Of a stretch of 64,000 bases of DNA, positions 50,486-61,400 are shown in pieces. Under the pieces are notes generated by a model, which saw only the letters and a program-made list of their open reading frames with translations, was not told the DNA's origin and ran no database searches. The first letter of the stretch is position 1, and each line of letters begins with the position of its first letter. The stretch comes from Chthonomonas calidirosea. Lineage in GTDB: Bacteria; Armatimonadota; Fimbriimonadia; Fimbriimonadales; Fimbriimonadaceae. A program made the translations under genes and the position numbers. The stretch is from NCBI GenBank assembly GCA_945859975.1, contig CAMAPH010000002.1, positions 1 through 64,000 on the forward strand, read 5' to 3'.

Positions 50486-50968
50486 CTAGCTCGGGAACCC
50501 AGGCGCGGTTTTGATGATGTACACCTGCCCCTGGTGATAGCCCGGATGATAGGCAAGCCGGGCAAACGCACCCGTTCCGTCGATCACTGGCCCAAGCGCG
50601 CTGACAATCTGCATGGCTCGAATCTCCGGCGTTGGATTCTCGATTAGCGGCTGGATGATCGCATTTCCAAGCTCAAACGCCTTTGTCACGAACTCCGGTG
50701 TCAACTCGTCCGGCGAAAACGGGAACGGCTTGTCATTGATGCTGCCATCGGTCGCGGCAGCCTTTAGCCGAAGGTGCAAATCGTCAAGCTCCAATCCGGT
50801 GAGCTGAGATCCAAACGAGACCTCGACTCCGGCCACGTGAACCGCAAGCTCAGCGAGCGTAAGGACACCCGGATGAAGTCGCCAGTTGAGCTGCTCGTGG
50901 GTAAGTCCTTCCAAGTCTCGAATGAGACGACCTCTGACAAGCGACCAAGTTTCGGAGAAATCAGACAT
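50486..50968 (-). CDS. DinB family protein
   Basis: QLNWR, HVAGVE, YHPGYHQGQ. Confidence 0.8.
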   Translation of the reverse strand: MSDFSETWSLVRGRLIRDLEGLTHEQLNWRLHPGVLTLAELAVHVAGVEVSFGSQLTGLELDDLHLRLKAAATDGSINDKPFPFSPDELTPEFVTKAFELGNAIIQPLIENPTPEIRAMQIVSALGPVIDGTGAFARLAYHPGYHQGQVYIIKTAPGFPS

Positions 50969-51431
50969 TCGCTGCCTCCGCCTTAAGCAAGTTGCCGATG
51001 AAGTTGATCTGCCCTTCGTGGTAAGCCATGTTCCATAGAGGATAGGTCAAAATGTCGGCCATTGTCCAAGGGGTTGGCATCGGCGATTCGATAATCGCAT
51101 GGAGATCGTCGTCGTTCAATGCCTGGGCAAACTCGGTGAGCTTTGCAAACTGAGCCCGCGTGCTCGATTCTAGGTCGTCAATTTCCACCAGCGATTTTCG
51201 ATCCTCCAGCCACTTGGCCGTCATTTCGGGAGACCAGACCAGCTTACGATCCGCATACATGCTCCAGAACTGCTCGACGGCGGTCGCGACTTCTTGCAGT
51301 TGACAACGAACCGATCGCGATTCCGATGAAGCTTCCCAATCGAGCTTGTCGGCCGGAATCGCACGTGCGGCAGCGAACAGTTTGTCAATTTGCGATTCGG
51401 TTTGGTGGATCAAAAACTCAACGGCTTTCAT
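50961..51431 (-). CDS. DinB family protein
   Basis: IPADKLDW...RS, YHEGQINFI; start at MKAVEF (51431) or the adjacent GTG. Confidence 0.8.
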   Translation of the reverse strand: MKAVEFLIHQTESQIDKLFAAARAIPADKLDWEASSESRSVRCQLQEVATAVEQFWSMYADRKLVWSPEMTAKWLEDRKSLVEIDDLESSTRAQFAKLTEFAQALNDDDLHAIIESPMPTPWTMADILTYPLWNMAYHEGQINFIGNLLKAEAANV

Positions 51432-51481
51432 CACCAATAGTGTGCCCCGAATCCAACTTCCGCTCAACGGTAACCTAAACC

Positions 51482-52744
51482 GTGCCTGCAACCAGACTGA
51501 GCGTGTCTCCAGAAATCAGTCGTCGGAATCAGGTTCTGCTCAGCTTGTTTCTGTTCAGCGTCACGAGTACCTTCGGATTTTTGCAGCCGTTTACTCCCCT
51601 CTATTTGCAGAGTGCCGGAATGGACCCGGGTCAGATCGGACGGATTTTCGGACTTGGATCCGGAATTGGCCTGCTTGTTCAGCCCCTTTGGGGACGACTC
51701 ACCGATCGGATTGACTCGCGCCGTCCGATCATCATCCTATCGGCGATCGGAGCTGGAATCGCGTACCTGAGCTTCCATCTGGCTACTTTGCCGTGGCACT
51801 TTCTTGTGCTGATGGCGATCGGCAGCAATGGTTCGATCTATCTCAACTCGGCGGGCGGCACTTTGATCGGAAGGATGGTCAGCCGCGAGCGCGGCGGCGC
51901 AGCGTACGCGAACCTTCGGGTCTGGGGATCGGTCGGCTATATCGTCGTCACGCTAGCTACGGGATTATTGCTGACCCAATCATCCACTGGCTTTGATCGA
52001 GCGATGCTGAACCGGGTGTATCAGGTCGGCCCCCTGCTCTTTTTCCTAATCGCGGCGATCGCGCTCTGGATTCCGGACGAGAAGACTCCGAACTCCGAGC
52101 CAGACGCACCGAAACGAGTTGTCCCGAAAGCCCCGTTTCCAGAGAACCTGAAGTGGTTCCTGCTTTCGTACTTCCTGTACGTATTTGCCCTGTACGGTGC
52201 GAGCAACTTCCTCAGCATCTATATGCGCCAGGTAGGTGGAAACCCGCTTTGGGTCACGGGAATGTTTGCGGCGGGGGTCGTTTGCGAAGTGATCGTGATG
52301 CGCTGGTCCGGACGACTTTCGGATACGTACGGTCGACGGCCGATCCTGTTGATCGCGTATCTCCTGCTCCCCATCCGACTTGCCCTCTACGCGGCCGCAT
52401 CCGCCCCTCTCGGAGTTCTTGCCGTGCAAATTCTCCACGGCATTAACTTCGGAATCATGGGCGCGATCGCGGTTGCGCTGATCAACGACCTTGCGACCAA
52501 TGACACGCGCGGACAAGCACAGGCACGGCTCGCGATGGTCACCGGATTCTCCAGCGCAACTGCGCCGATCCTGCTCGGCAAGATTGTCGAAGCATTTGGC
52601 ATGCACGCCATGTTCCTTTCGGCAGCTGCAATTGGCGTGGCAGGAGCCGCCGTGTTCTTCTTCAAGGTGGAAGAAACTATCGAGGTGTCCGGCGTCGTAC
52701 TGAAGTCTTTGAAGTGGCTCGCGAATCCGCCGCAACGCCGGTAG
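51482..52744 (+). CDS. MFS transporter (MFS_1_like/nucleoside:H+ symporter-like)
   Basis: About 12 TMs; WGRLTDR, Y...RVWGSVGY, GRLSDTYGRR. Confidence 0.92.
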   Translation: MPATRLSVSPEISRRNQVLLSLFLFSVTSTFGFLQPFTPLYLQSAGMDPGQIGRIFGLGSGIGLLVQPLWGRLTDRIDSRRPIIILSAIGAGIAYLSFHLATLPWHFLVLMAIGSNGSIYLNSAGGTLIGRMVSRERGGAAYANLRVWGSVGYIVVTLATGLLLTQSSTGFDRAMLNRVYQVGPLLFFLIAAIALWIPDEKTPNSEPDAPKRVVPKAPFPENLKWFLLSYFLYVFALYGASNFLSIYMRQVGGNPLWVTGMFAAGVVCEVIVMRWSGRLSDTYGRRPILLIAYLLLPIRLALYAAASAPLGVLAVQILHGINFGIMGAIAVALINDLATNDTRGQAQARLAMVTGFSSATAPILLGKIVEAFGMHAMFLSAAAIGVAGAAVFFFKVEETIEVSGVVLKSLKWLANPPQRR

Positions 52745-52788
52745 CTTCCGACTAATTCCGGGTATGACCCGGAAACAGGCGACAAACC

Positions 52789-54219
52789 ATGGCAGACACT
52801 CCCGAGAAACCCAGCGTCCTTCCCGAACTGCTCGCACTCGAAGCGGTTACGACCGAGCACGAAATCAACGGCTGGAAGTACTCCGTCACCGTTGGAACGC
52901 TGCCTTTAAGCGATAACGCTGGCAAGCCTGAGGCCGCCATTTTCTACACTGCGTACACCAAAGCTGGCTACGAGCCCGGCGAGCGGCCACTCATGTTTAG
53001 CTTCAATGGCGGTCCAGGATCATCTTCCGTTTGGCTGCACCTCGGCGCTCTCGGCCCGAAGCGTGTGAAGCTGGAGCCGAAAGGCGACATGCCTGCGCCG
53101 CCGTTCATGCTGGTCGACAACCCGGACACGTGGCTAGAGCATTGCGACTTGGTGTTCATCGACCCCGTTGGCACTGGCTATAGCCGGGCGGAGGACGAAG
53201 AAAAGTCTAAGAAGTTCTGGAGCCTGAACGGTGACGTTGAGTCCGTGGCCGAGTTCATTCGACTCTATCTGACGCGCGCCAAGCGATGGGCTTCCCCGCT
53301 GTACATCGTCGGCGAAAGCTATGGCACCACCCGCGCCGCCGCCCTTAGTAGCTACCTGGTGAACCGCGGCATCGCACTGAACGGGATCATCCTCGTTAGC
53401 AGCATCCTCAACTTCCAGACTGCCCGGTTCCACAAGGGCAACGACCTTCCGTACATCGTCTTCTTGCCAACCTATGCCGCAACTGCTTGGTATCACGGCG
53501 CGCTCACGGGCTTTGCCTCATTGGAACAAGTTCTGAAAGAAGCCGAAGAATTAGCGCTGGGTGAATACACCCTCGCTTTGGCGCAAGGCGATCGTTTGAC
53601 CTCCGAGGCACGCAGTTCGGTCATCGCGAAACTACGCCGACTCACGGGCTTGAGTCCGGAATTCATCGATAACTCGGACATTCGGATTGAGATCCAGCGG
53701 TTCTGTAAGGAGCTGCTGCGAAACCAAAAGCGAACCGTCGGACGACTTGACAGTCGCTTCAAGGGTATCGACGAGCTCGCGGTGAACGAGAGTCCGCAGC
53801 ACGACCCTTCGATGTCCTCCATCGTGCCGCCTTACACCGCCACCATCAACGACTACCTCACCCGAACTCTAGGTTGGACCACGGACTTGCCGTACCACGT
53901 GTTCAATCCGGGCGAGCTTTGGAAGCACTGGTCCTATGGCGACGCCAGCCAAGGCCATCCCGACACCAGCGAGTCCCTTCGAGAAGCAATCTCAAAGAAC
54001 CCGCACATGCGCATCTTGATCGCCTCGGGATACTACGACCTCGCGACGCCGTACTTTGCCACCGAATTCACCGTGGCCCACCTCGGGCTGGATCCAACGT
54101 TGAGGAAAAACATTGAGACCCGATATTACGAGGCCGGCCACATGATGTACGTTCACGAAGGCTGCCTGAGCCAACTCGCGCAAGACCTTGCCGGCTTTAT
54201 CTCGCCGACAACTTCTTAA
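52789..54219 (+). CDS. Serine carboxypeptidase, S10 family
   Basis: FNGGPGSSS, DPVGTGYS, GESYG, GYYDLATP, AGHMMY. Confidence 0.95.
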   Translation: MADTPEKPSVLPELLALEAVTTEHEINGWKYSVTVGTLPLSDNAGKPEAAIFYTAYTKAGYEPGERPLMFSFNGGPGSSSVWLHLGALGPKRVKLEPKGDMPAPPFMLVDNPDTWLEHCDLVFIDPVGTGYSRAEDEEKSKKFWSLNGDVESVAEFIRLYLTRAKRWASPLYIVGESYGTTRAAALSSYLVNRGIALNGIILVSSILNFQTARFHKGNDLPYIVFLPTYAATAWYHGALTGFASLEQVLKEAEELALGEYTLALAQGDRLTSEARSSVIAKLRRLTGLSPEFIDNSDIRIEIQRFCKELLRNQKRTVGRLDSRFKGIDELAVNESPQHDPSMSSIVPPYTATINDYLTRTLGWTTDLPYHVFNPGELWKHWSYGDASQGHPDTSESLREAISKNPHMRILIASGYYDLATPYFATEFTVAHLGLDPTLRKNIETRYYEAGHMMYVHEGCLSQLAQDLAGFISPTTS

Positions 54220-54823
54220 CTTCGGTCATCAGGGCTTCGCTTGAGAGTCGCTTCGTGTAGTCCGGGTTGGAATGCGCGAAGCGGATCATGCCCTTGGAGT
54301 CGATTAGAAACACGGCGGGCACCGGGAGCATGTGGTGCGTTTTGCCGCTTCGTGCCTCAAGGTCAAGGCCGTACTGATTCTTGTACTTGTCAAAAGTCGC
54401 GTCGTCCAACCGAAAGGCCACGCCAAAGGCGGTTGCAGCCGCTCCACTAGCATCAGACACCAGCTTGTATCCGGCCTGGTTCTTAGTGGCGGTCTCGCCT
54501 AAGAAGCTCGGTTGATCGGGCGTCAACGCGACAACCTGGTATCCGGCCTGTTTCAAGTCCTTCTCGACCTTGCCAATCTCGGCAAGATGTCGGTTGCAGA
54601 ATGGGCACCAACCACCGCGGTAGAAAATCAGAACGGTCGGCTTGCCGTTGAGGGACGCTTTCAGCGTGGTTGCTTTTCCGTCCATCGCCATAAGTTGAGC
54701 CTGCGGAGCCATCACGCCAGCTTTGAGGGGCTTTACCAGTGACGGGTCATTCGGCAGTTGAGCAGCGGCCATACAGCCGACGGAAAGACAGAGAGATGTG
54801 GTCAGCCCTTGGCTTGCAATCAT
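54197..54823 (-). CDS. Exported peroxiredoxin-like (AhpC/TSA) protein
   Basis: FYRGGWCPFC, LPVPAVFLID, NPDYTKR. Confidence 0.9.
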   Translation of the reverse strand: MIASQGLTTSLCLSVGCMAAAQLPNDPSLVKPLKAGVMAPQAQLMAMDGKATTLKASLNGKPTVLIFYRGGWCPFCNRHLAEIGKVEKDLKQAGYQVVALTPDQPSFLGETATKNQAGYKLVSDASGAAATAFGVAFRLDDATFDKYKNQYGLDLEARSGKTHHMLPVPAVFLIDSKGMIRFAHSNPDYTKRLSSEALMTEVKKLSAR

Positions 54824-54987
54824 GTACTTCAGAATTCAGGACTGTCGGCCAAGGTTCTCAAATTCAACAAATTGCTTACAATAACGCAATTTTGTCCGTA
54901 CCGGAAACAGATGACGCACATTAAGGTCGCAGACTTTCAGCGTGAAACGGAATAACGTGACTGCAGAACTCTAGAGTTCGGGACCTC

Positions 54988-55665
54988 ATGCATTTAAAGA
55001 AATTTGGAATGGTCGCGTTGGCCCTGTGCGCGCTCGCTTCGGCAGCTAAGGCGCAGTTTGTATCCACGTACAGCTTTTCTCTGGATGAGGAAGTCACCCT
55101 CCAGTCAATGATCGTGATGGAATCCGGGGCGTCGTCTGGTTCCCTGACCTTGCCGTTCTCGACAAGTGGACCCGGATCAACGACTTGGATCAACGAAGGT
55201 TCGAGCCCGAATCACAACATCTCGTTCGTTCTCGGGATCGCCACTTTTGCGTCTGAGATCGAGGACCCGCAAAAGCACGCCGTACTCTTCATGAACGATG
55301 ACGCAGCGGCATTTGCCGACGCGAACGTTTGGAGCACGCTTTTCCAAGACATCGAAGAGGAGAGCCTGATCGCGAGTATCGAGGCCGCAACGAACGGTCA
55401 GAGTCAGGAAGAAATTAATGGTGGTCTCGAGGTGGTTAGCGCCTTTGGGGAATACGCCAAGACCTTCCCTGCCACCCACAACTCCACCAAGAATGCTTGG
55501 TTCACCCTCGGCGGCGGCTACAAAGTTGTTAGCTTCTCCACGGGCCGAATTATTGGCTCGGGCATCAGCACTAAGCCATCTGCGCCAGTTCCGGAACCAG
55601 CGAGCATGCTTGTGCTCGGCCTGGGCGGCGTGGCGTTGCTTCGACGCCGAACCATTCGAAAGTAA
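54988..55665 (+). CDS. PEP-CTERM sorting-domain protein
   Basis: Signal peptide and C-terminal VPEPASMLVLGLGGVALLRRR. Confidence 0.92.
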   Translation: MHLKKFGMVALALCALASAAKAQFVSTYSFSLDEEVTLQSMIVMESGASSGSLTLPFSTSGPGSTTWINEGSSPNHNISFVLGIATFASEIEDPQKHAVLFMNDDAAAFADANVWSTLFQDIEEESLIASIEAATNGQSQEEINGGLEVVSAFGEYAKTFPATHNSTKNAWFTLGGGYKVVSFSTGRIIGSGISTKPSAPVPEPASMLVLGLGGVALLRRRTIRK

Positions 55666-55706
55666 AGAAAGCTGGGGTCCCGAAATCGGGACCCCAGCTT
55701 TCTTTA
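55663..55706. terminator. Bidirectional intrinsic terminator
   Basis: Perfect inverted repeat TAAAGAAAGCTGGGGTCCCGA / TCGGGACCCCAGCTTTCTTTA between convergent genes. Confidence 0.9.
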
Positions 55707-58229
55707 CGGGTTGACTACCAACGTCAGAGCTTGTGACACACCGCCGTTGCTCAAAGTGATCGTCACCGAAGTAGGCACGCTCACTGGAGCCGTGAATACT
55801 TTGATGCTTCCTCGGCTCGCCGTCGAAGGAATCAAGAACGATGGCGACGCGGTGTACGCAACCGTCGGATTGCTCGAAACCACGGAGATATTCTTGCCTA
55901 CTCCGCCTGCAGTGCAGTTCAATACTGCCTCTGCAAACACGGATGACCCGCCCGTAACTGAATAGCGACTCAGGTTTGCGGTGACCAGATCTGACGAGAA
56001 GCAGATTCTTGAGATGTACGCGTCGGTTCCGCCGGCCGTGCCGTAGCTGTTGGAAGTGCTGTTAGCAAGCGCTCCTGTGACGCCTCCACCAAAGACCACA
56101 TCGTTCAAACTGCCGAAAAGCCCAAGCGCATTGGCCGTAACCGGCGCCGAATTGGCTCCCGAGGTGTGCAAGTAGGTGCTTGACAGCACGGACGAGAGGG
56201 CCGAGTTGATTCGGAAGATGAACGGCATCGCGAGTCCGGAGTTCGGAGCCGCATAGCTCTCTGCGGTCACCGGCAAGTCGATCGAATTGGTGCTCCCAAG
56301 GACGTAAAGGTTTCCGCTTGAGTTCTGCACGAAGTCGGCAGCGCTGTCATTGGCGGTTCCACCGAAGTATGTGCTGTACGAAATAGCGGACAGCGACGCG
56401 TTAAAACGAGTGATCGCAACATCGTTCCCGCCGTTTCGAGTTCGGTCATATGCGTTCGCGGTCGTAAAGAGTTCCGGATCACCGCTCGCCGCCGGCGCGC
56501 CGATCGTCGATAACAGCGTCACTGTTCCGCCGGGGCTCATTCGAATTTTTGTTGGCTGGTCCGCCCCGGTGGTGCTCAGTACGGTTTCCGAAGTAACGAC
56601 ACCGTTGCGGCTCGTCGAACCCGTTCGAGAGTCCGAAGCGACTCGTACCACCACGATTTCGTTGTCGGTCGTAGGTGTGCTAAAGACCTTGTTTTGGCCT
56701 TGCGGCGTAACCGTGATCAGCGGACTGGAACTTACCGTTTGCGTACCAGCAAGCACGTCTGTGGCCTGCATTCGAAATGCCACGAAGAATCCATCGGATT
56801 CGTTACTCGGGCAAATGGCGAAGCCCTTTTCGCCGCTTTGGCCGGATCCAGTTCCGCCGTAATAGATGGAAGTTACAAGATTATCCAGCGTTTTGCTGAA
56901 GACTATAACGTAAGCCTCGCCGTTACCATTTCGCGATCCGTTTACATTGTTGACGCTCTTCACGGTAATCGTTGATCCAGTTCCGACATTGCCGGTTAAG
57001 CCAACCTTTCCGTCGGGAGCCACGCAAATGTCGCCAAGCTCGTCGTTGTTGCTGCCACTTGCCCAAGTGCTGGATCGAATCGCCGTTAAATCTGTGTTCA
57101 AACGTCCTAGCCAGACGTCGTTCGCACCAGGTTTCGTGGAGATCGCAGCCGAACCATCTCCGGCGGCGTCTGTCACGATCGGCAGTTGGGTCGCACCGCT
57201 CCCAGAGACTCGGCACGCCACGATGACATTGTTCGTACTGACTGCGAGCTTGACTTCAGACTCATTGGCATCACCACCAAGATAGGTCAGCGTCGCGAGT
57301 TCGAGCGAACTGCCCCGCGCGTTCGCCTTGAACTTTGCAACAAAGGCGTCGTCACCGTTCTTGATCGTGTCGTATGCGCCAATCGTCGCTGGAAAGTCGG
57401 ACGAACTCGTTGCGCCAACGGCATAGATAGTATCGCCGACAACTTCCATCTCACCGATAGATTCGTTGCCGGTACCCCCGACAATCGCCGAGTTCATCGT
57501 TAATTGAGGATCAACCACCAGCGGCTTCGTTACGTCATAGTTGCCCAGTTGGAATCCAACAACGCCATTTGGTGCAACAGTGAATCGCGACTGTACTTCT
57601 ACCTTTCGGCCGTTAATCCTTTGGTAAGCGAATAAACCCTGTTCACGAATCGTGCCGATGGAGGTTTCATAGGTCAAGGAACCATCTGGCTGAACCCGCA
57701 TGTTCCGCGCTCCGGAGAACTGCATGCGAAGGTCACTAGCCTTTGCTTTTGGCTCCAGAATTAAATCATAACGTGGAGCATTTGCATCTTCATAGTATCG
57801 AGCCGAGATACCTGGCGCAACCTGCCGAAGGGTGACTTCTTCGAACTTGCGAACGCCCGTAGCGTACTTCCCTTCATCACCTCGGAGATAGTTGATGAGT
57901 GTCGGCAGGGCAATTCCCTGTTGGTCTTCTGGAGCTCCCGTAGCGTTGATGAATTCAACGTCTACCACGTGACCGACCGCTCGCAAGATTTGCGGTGCGC
58001 CATCGCTCTCGGCCTGTACGACCTCCGTTCGATGAAAGTCCATACGAACCCCTCGATCCGTTATCCAGTAGTTGAGACCGGGCTTCTGGAGCAGGTAGCG
58101 AACATTCGCGGCCCACTGGCCACGGTTCTCCTGGTACCCAGTCATGGCCATCGGAGAAGGGTTACTCTTCAAGATATTAATATCACTAGACAACGACTGA
58201 ACTGGCGTTAATGCCGCAAGGCCAAACAT
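55704..58229 (-). CDS. Secreted SBBP beta-propeller protein with one Ig-like C-terminal domain
   Basis: YQENRGQW...LVVDP N-domain, YSTYFGG and TYLGG repeats; paralogous architecture to 40226-45439. Confidence 0.85.
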   Translation of the reverse strand: MFGLAALTPVQSLSSDINILKSNPSPMAMTGYQENRGQWAANVRYLLQKPGLNYWITDRGVRMDFHRTEVVQAESDGAPQILRAVGHVVDVEFINATGAPEDQQGIALPTLINYLRGDEGKYATGVRKFEEVTLRQVAPGISARYYEDANAPRYDLILEPKAKASDLRMQFSGARNMRVQPDGSLTYETSIGTIREQGLFAYQRINGRKVEVQSRFTVAPNGVVGFQLGNYDVTKPLVVDPQLTMNSAIVGGTGNESIGEMEVVGDTIYAVGATSSSDFPATIGAYDTIKNGDDAFVAKFKANARGSSLELATLTYLGGDANESEVKLAVSTNNVIVACRVSGSGATQLPIVTDAAGDGSAAISTKPGANDVWLGRLNTDLTAIRSSTWASGSNNDELGDICVAPDGKVGLTGNVGTGSTITVKSVNNVNGSRNGNGEAYVIVFSKTLDNLVTSIYYGGTGSGQSGEKGFAICPSNESDGFFVAFRMQATDVLAGTQTVSSSPLITVTPQGQNKVFSTPTTDNEIVVVRVASDSRTGSTSRNGVVTSETVLSTTGADQPTKIRMSPGGTVTLLSTIGAPAASGDPELFTTANAYDRTRNGGNDVAITRFNASLSAISYSTYFGGTANDSAADFVQNSSGNLYVLGSTNSIDLPVTAESYAAPNSGLAMPFIFRINSALSSVLSSTYLHTSGANSAPVTANALGLFGSLNDVVFGGGVTGALANSTSNSYGTAGGTDAYISRICFSSDLVTANLSRYSVTGGSSVFAEAVLNCTAGGVGKNISVVSSNPTVAYTASPSFLIPSTASRGSIKVFTAPVSVPTSVTITLSNGGVSQALTLVVNP

Positions 58230-58433
58230 GATGACATTAAGGACTTTGAACTCAAACTTTCAAGTCACCTTTTTAAGCAACACCTTAAAGCTTCACTCAA
58301 ACTGGCAAATTTAATGGCTGCCGCAACCTGAGCCTCACTCTTTTACGATGAAAAGATATATCTTCTTTTGATTTTCTCCGCAAACCTAGATCAATTGTAT
58401 TCGTCCATACATCACACACCAAGGAATCAAGAG

Positions 58434-58470
58434 AAAAAAAGGGCCCGGAGCAAGCGCTCCGGGCCCTCTT
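58434..58470 (-). terminator. rpoC intrinsic terminator
   Basis: AGGGCCCGGAGC-gctt-GCTCCGGGCCCT-TTTTTT on the minus strand. Confidence 0.9.
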
Positions 58471-58482
58471 CAGTTCACGACC

Positions 58483-61400
58483 TTAATCGTCGCTTTCGTC
58501 CGCTGCCATATCCGCAAGGGATGGGAACGCAAGCTCATCGTACGATGCCTTGAGCTCTCCTTCCTCTGCTTCGACCAACGTGGTGAGCGACTGCTCGGCC
58601 CAGCTTGGACCCCGCTGAACGTCGACCGCGATGTCTCGGTATTGCTTGACGCCCGTACCAGCCGGAATCAACCGACCGATGATGACGTTCTCCTTCAGAC
58701 CAACGAGAGTGTCCTTCTTTCCTCGGACGGCCGCTTCCGTAAGGACGCGAGTGGTCTTCTGGAACGATGCAGCCGAGAGGAACGAGTCCGTTGCCAGCGA
58801 GGCTTCGGTGATTCCAAGGAGAATCCAGGTTGCGTTTGCTTCCTTGGGATCTCGCTCGACGTTCTCTCCGGTGATCGGGTCTTCGTAGCGAATCTTCGTG
58901 CCCTCGGCAATCATCTTGCGCACGGCTTCGTTGGCTCGCTGGAAGGTGAACCGGTCAACGATCTGACCTGGCAGGAACGGAGTATCTCCTGGTTCCTTGA
59001 CCTGTCGCTTTCGCAGCATCTGGCGGATGATGACTTCAACGTGCTTGTCGTTGATGTCAACGCCCTGGCTCTTATAAACGCTCTGCAGGTTTTCGACGAA
59101 GTAGTCGTAAACCGCATTCGCGCCAGCAAGCTCCAGAACTTCGTGCGGATCTCGTGGACCGTAGGTGAGCGGGTCACCCTTAACCACGCGGGCTCCGGCC
59201 TTGACCGGAAGGTTGCCGCTTGGCGGGACCAAGATCGGATAAAGGATGTTGACCTTTTCGATCTCAAGCTTCTTGAGCACGGAAACAGCCTGGGTTGACA
59301 GCTTCTGACCCACGAGCTTCTGCAAAGCACCTTCGTACTCGCCGTACTCGTTCTGTGGCCAGTTCTGCTCGTCCGTGATGTAAGCGTCCTTCAGCGGCCC
59401 GACTACTTGCACGGTCGAATCAACGACCACGAATCGTCCAAAGCTCGATTCCTCGACCTTTCGAACCATTCCCGAGACTGGGCAGATGATCGCCTTACCT
59501 CGTGGCTGTCGTCGCGCTTCGAAGATTTCTTCGACACGGACGATACCGCTCGACTGACCCGTCCACGAGTAGAAGAACGTCTTTCGACTCTTCTCCCACA
59601 TCTTTCGGGAGTCGTTGTCGGCCTTTTCGGCGGCCTTGAGGGCTGCCTTTGTGGCTCGCTCAACCTTTCGCTTCTGCTTTGGATCTTCAGGATCAACTTC
59701 GGTGGCTTCGATGGTAAGCGGTGCTTCCTTGCCCTTGAAGAGCGACTTGACGATGCTCTCTTGGGTTTCCAACAGCTTCGTTGGGTCGAACTGCTTCAGG
59801 TCCGTTTCGGTGGCCTGGGCAAAGTCTTCCATGAACTGTCGGATGAACTTACCGGTCTTATACTGGTTCGTCTTAGCGATGGTGGCCGAACCGGCAACAC
59901 CACCGGTGTGGAACGTTCGCATCGTGAGCTGCGTTCCAGGCTCACCGATCGACTGAGCGGCGATGATTCCGGTTGCAACTCCGACTTCAACCAGCTTGCC
60001 GGTCGAAAGGTCCGTTCCGTAGCAGTTAGAGCAGATTCCCTGGTGTAGTTCGCAAGTCAACGGCGAGCGGATGGTCACGCTGAGGTAGCCGTGCTCGTCG
60101 TACTCGAATCCGTATTGTCGATATCGGTCCACGACCGCTTCTCGCTCGGCTTCCGTTTCCGCGCCGTTATGCTCAACCACGAACTTGTTCTCAATCGCCT
60201 TGATTCGCTTTGCGGCGTCCTTGGTGATAGGAACTTGATATTCGGTGAGGTGGTCGCCGGTTTCTGGGTCTCGAATGATCTCGAGGGCGATTCGTCCGTG
60301 GATTCGCTCGTCGATCTCTTCCAAGGTTTGACCCTGGTCGACGATTCGTCGGCCCTGGATGCCTTCGCTCGTACCGCAGTCGATCGCCTTAACGATGACG
60401 TCCTGAGCGACGTCGCAAAGTCGTCGCGTAAGGTAGCCGGCGTCAGCCGTTCGAAGTGCCGTGTCCGCCAGACCCTTACGGGCTCCGTGGGTGGTCACGA
60501 AGTATTCCAGCATGTTCAGTCCCTTGTGGAACGAACTCTTAACCGGAAGTTCGTAAATCGTTTCGTTGAACTGGTTCAACATCAATCCGCGCATTCCGGC
60601 GAGCTGAGCAAGCTGCTTGATCGAACCACGAGCACCAGAGACGGTGATGATGTTCAACGGGTTGAACTGCTTCAGACCGTTAACGATTTCCTTACCAACG
60701 AGGTCGTACGTTTCCTGCCAAAGCGCAGTCAACTGTCGCGTCATCTCGTTATACGAGAGCATGCCGCGTCGGTACTGGTTCGTGATCTGGTTCGACTTGG
60801 AGTCGGCGGTGCCGATCATCTCTTCTCGTCGTGCCGGCGGATCCATGTCCGTGATGGCAACCGAGATTCCGTAAGCCGTAGCCCACTTGAATCCGAGATC
60901 CTTGATGTCGTCGAGCAACTTGATCGTCGCACCGTAGCCGGCAACCCGGTTACAGTCGAGAATCAGGGTCGCAAGCGCCTTCTTGCCGAGTTCCACGTTC
61001 AGGTATTCGTCGGAGTGACGAAGCGGGTACGGAAGCTTTCCGTGAACCAACAACTGGCCTGGGGTGACGGTTCGGACAACGGTCTCGAACTCTTGCTCGT
61101 AAGCAACCAGCTCTTCGGACTCGTCTCCGTCCTCGTTAACAACGGTGTGCTTGTAGTACTCAACACCGGTTTCGGTGTCTCGGAAAGCCACCTCTTCAGC
61201 TGGTCGGAAGATTGGTCGCTTGAGTCGAACATGGACAAGCTCGTTGATTGGAAGTCGCTTCTCAATGCCAGGCGCAACCATCAGGTACAGCACCTCGTCC
61301 GGACCGCTGTAGGTCGGAGGAGCCGGGTTGACCAATGGGTCTTCCTTATGCAGTCGAACCTTCTCTTCCAAGTTCGCACGGCCTTCAACCGACATGAACG

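Noticed and set aside
37493..51431. Three DinB-family genes as a dedicated system
   Set aside because: DinB paralogs are commonly expanded, and no thiol-biosynthesis or other linking genes are adjacent.
58230..58433. AT-rich spacer as a possible island boundary or ncRNA
   Set aside because: No integrase, direct repeats or tRNA; consistent with an ordinary promoter region.
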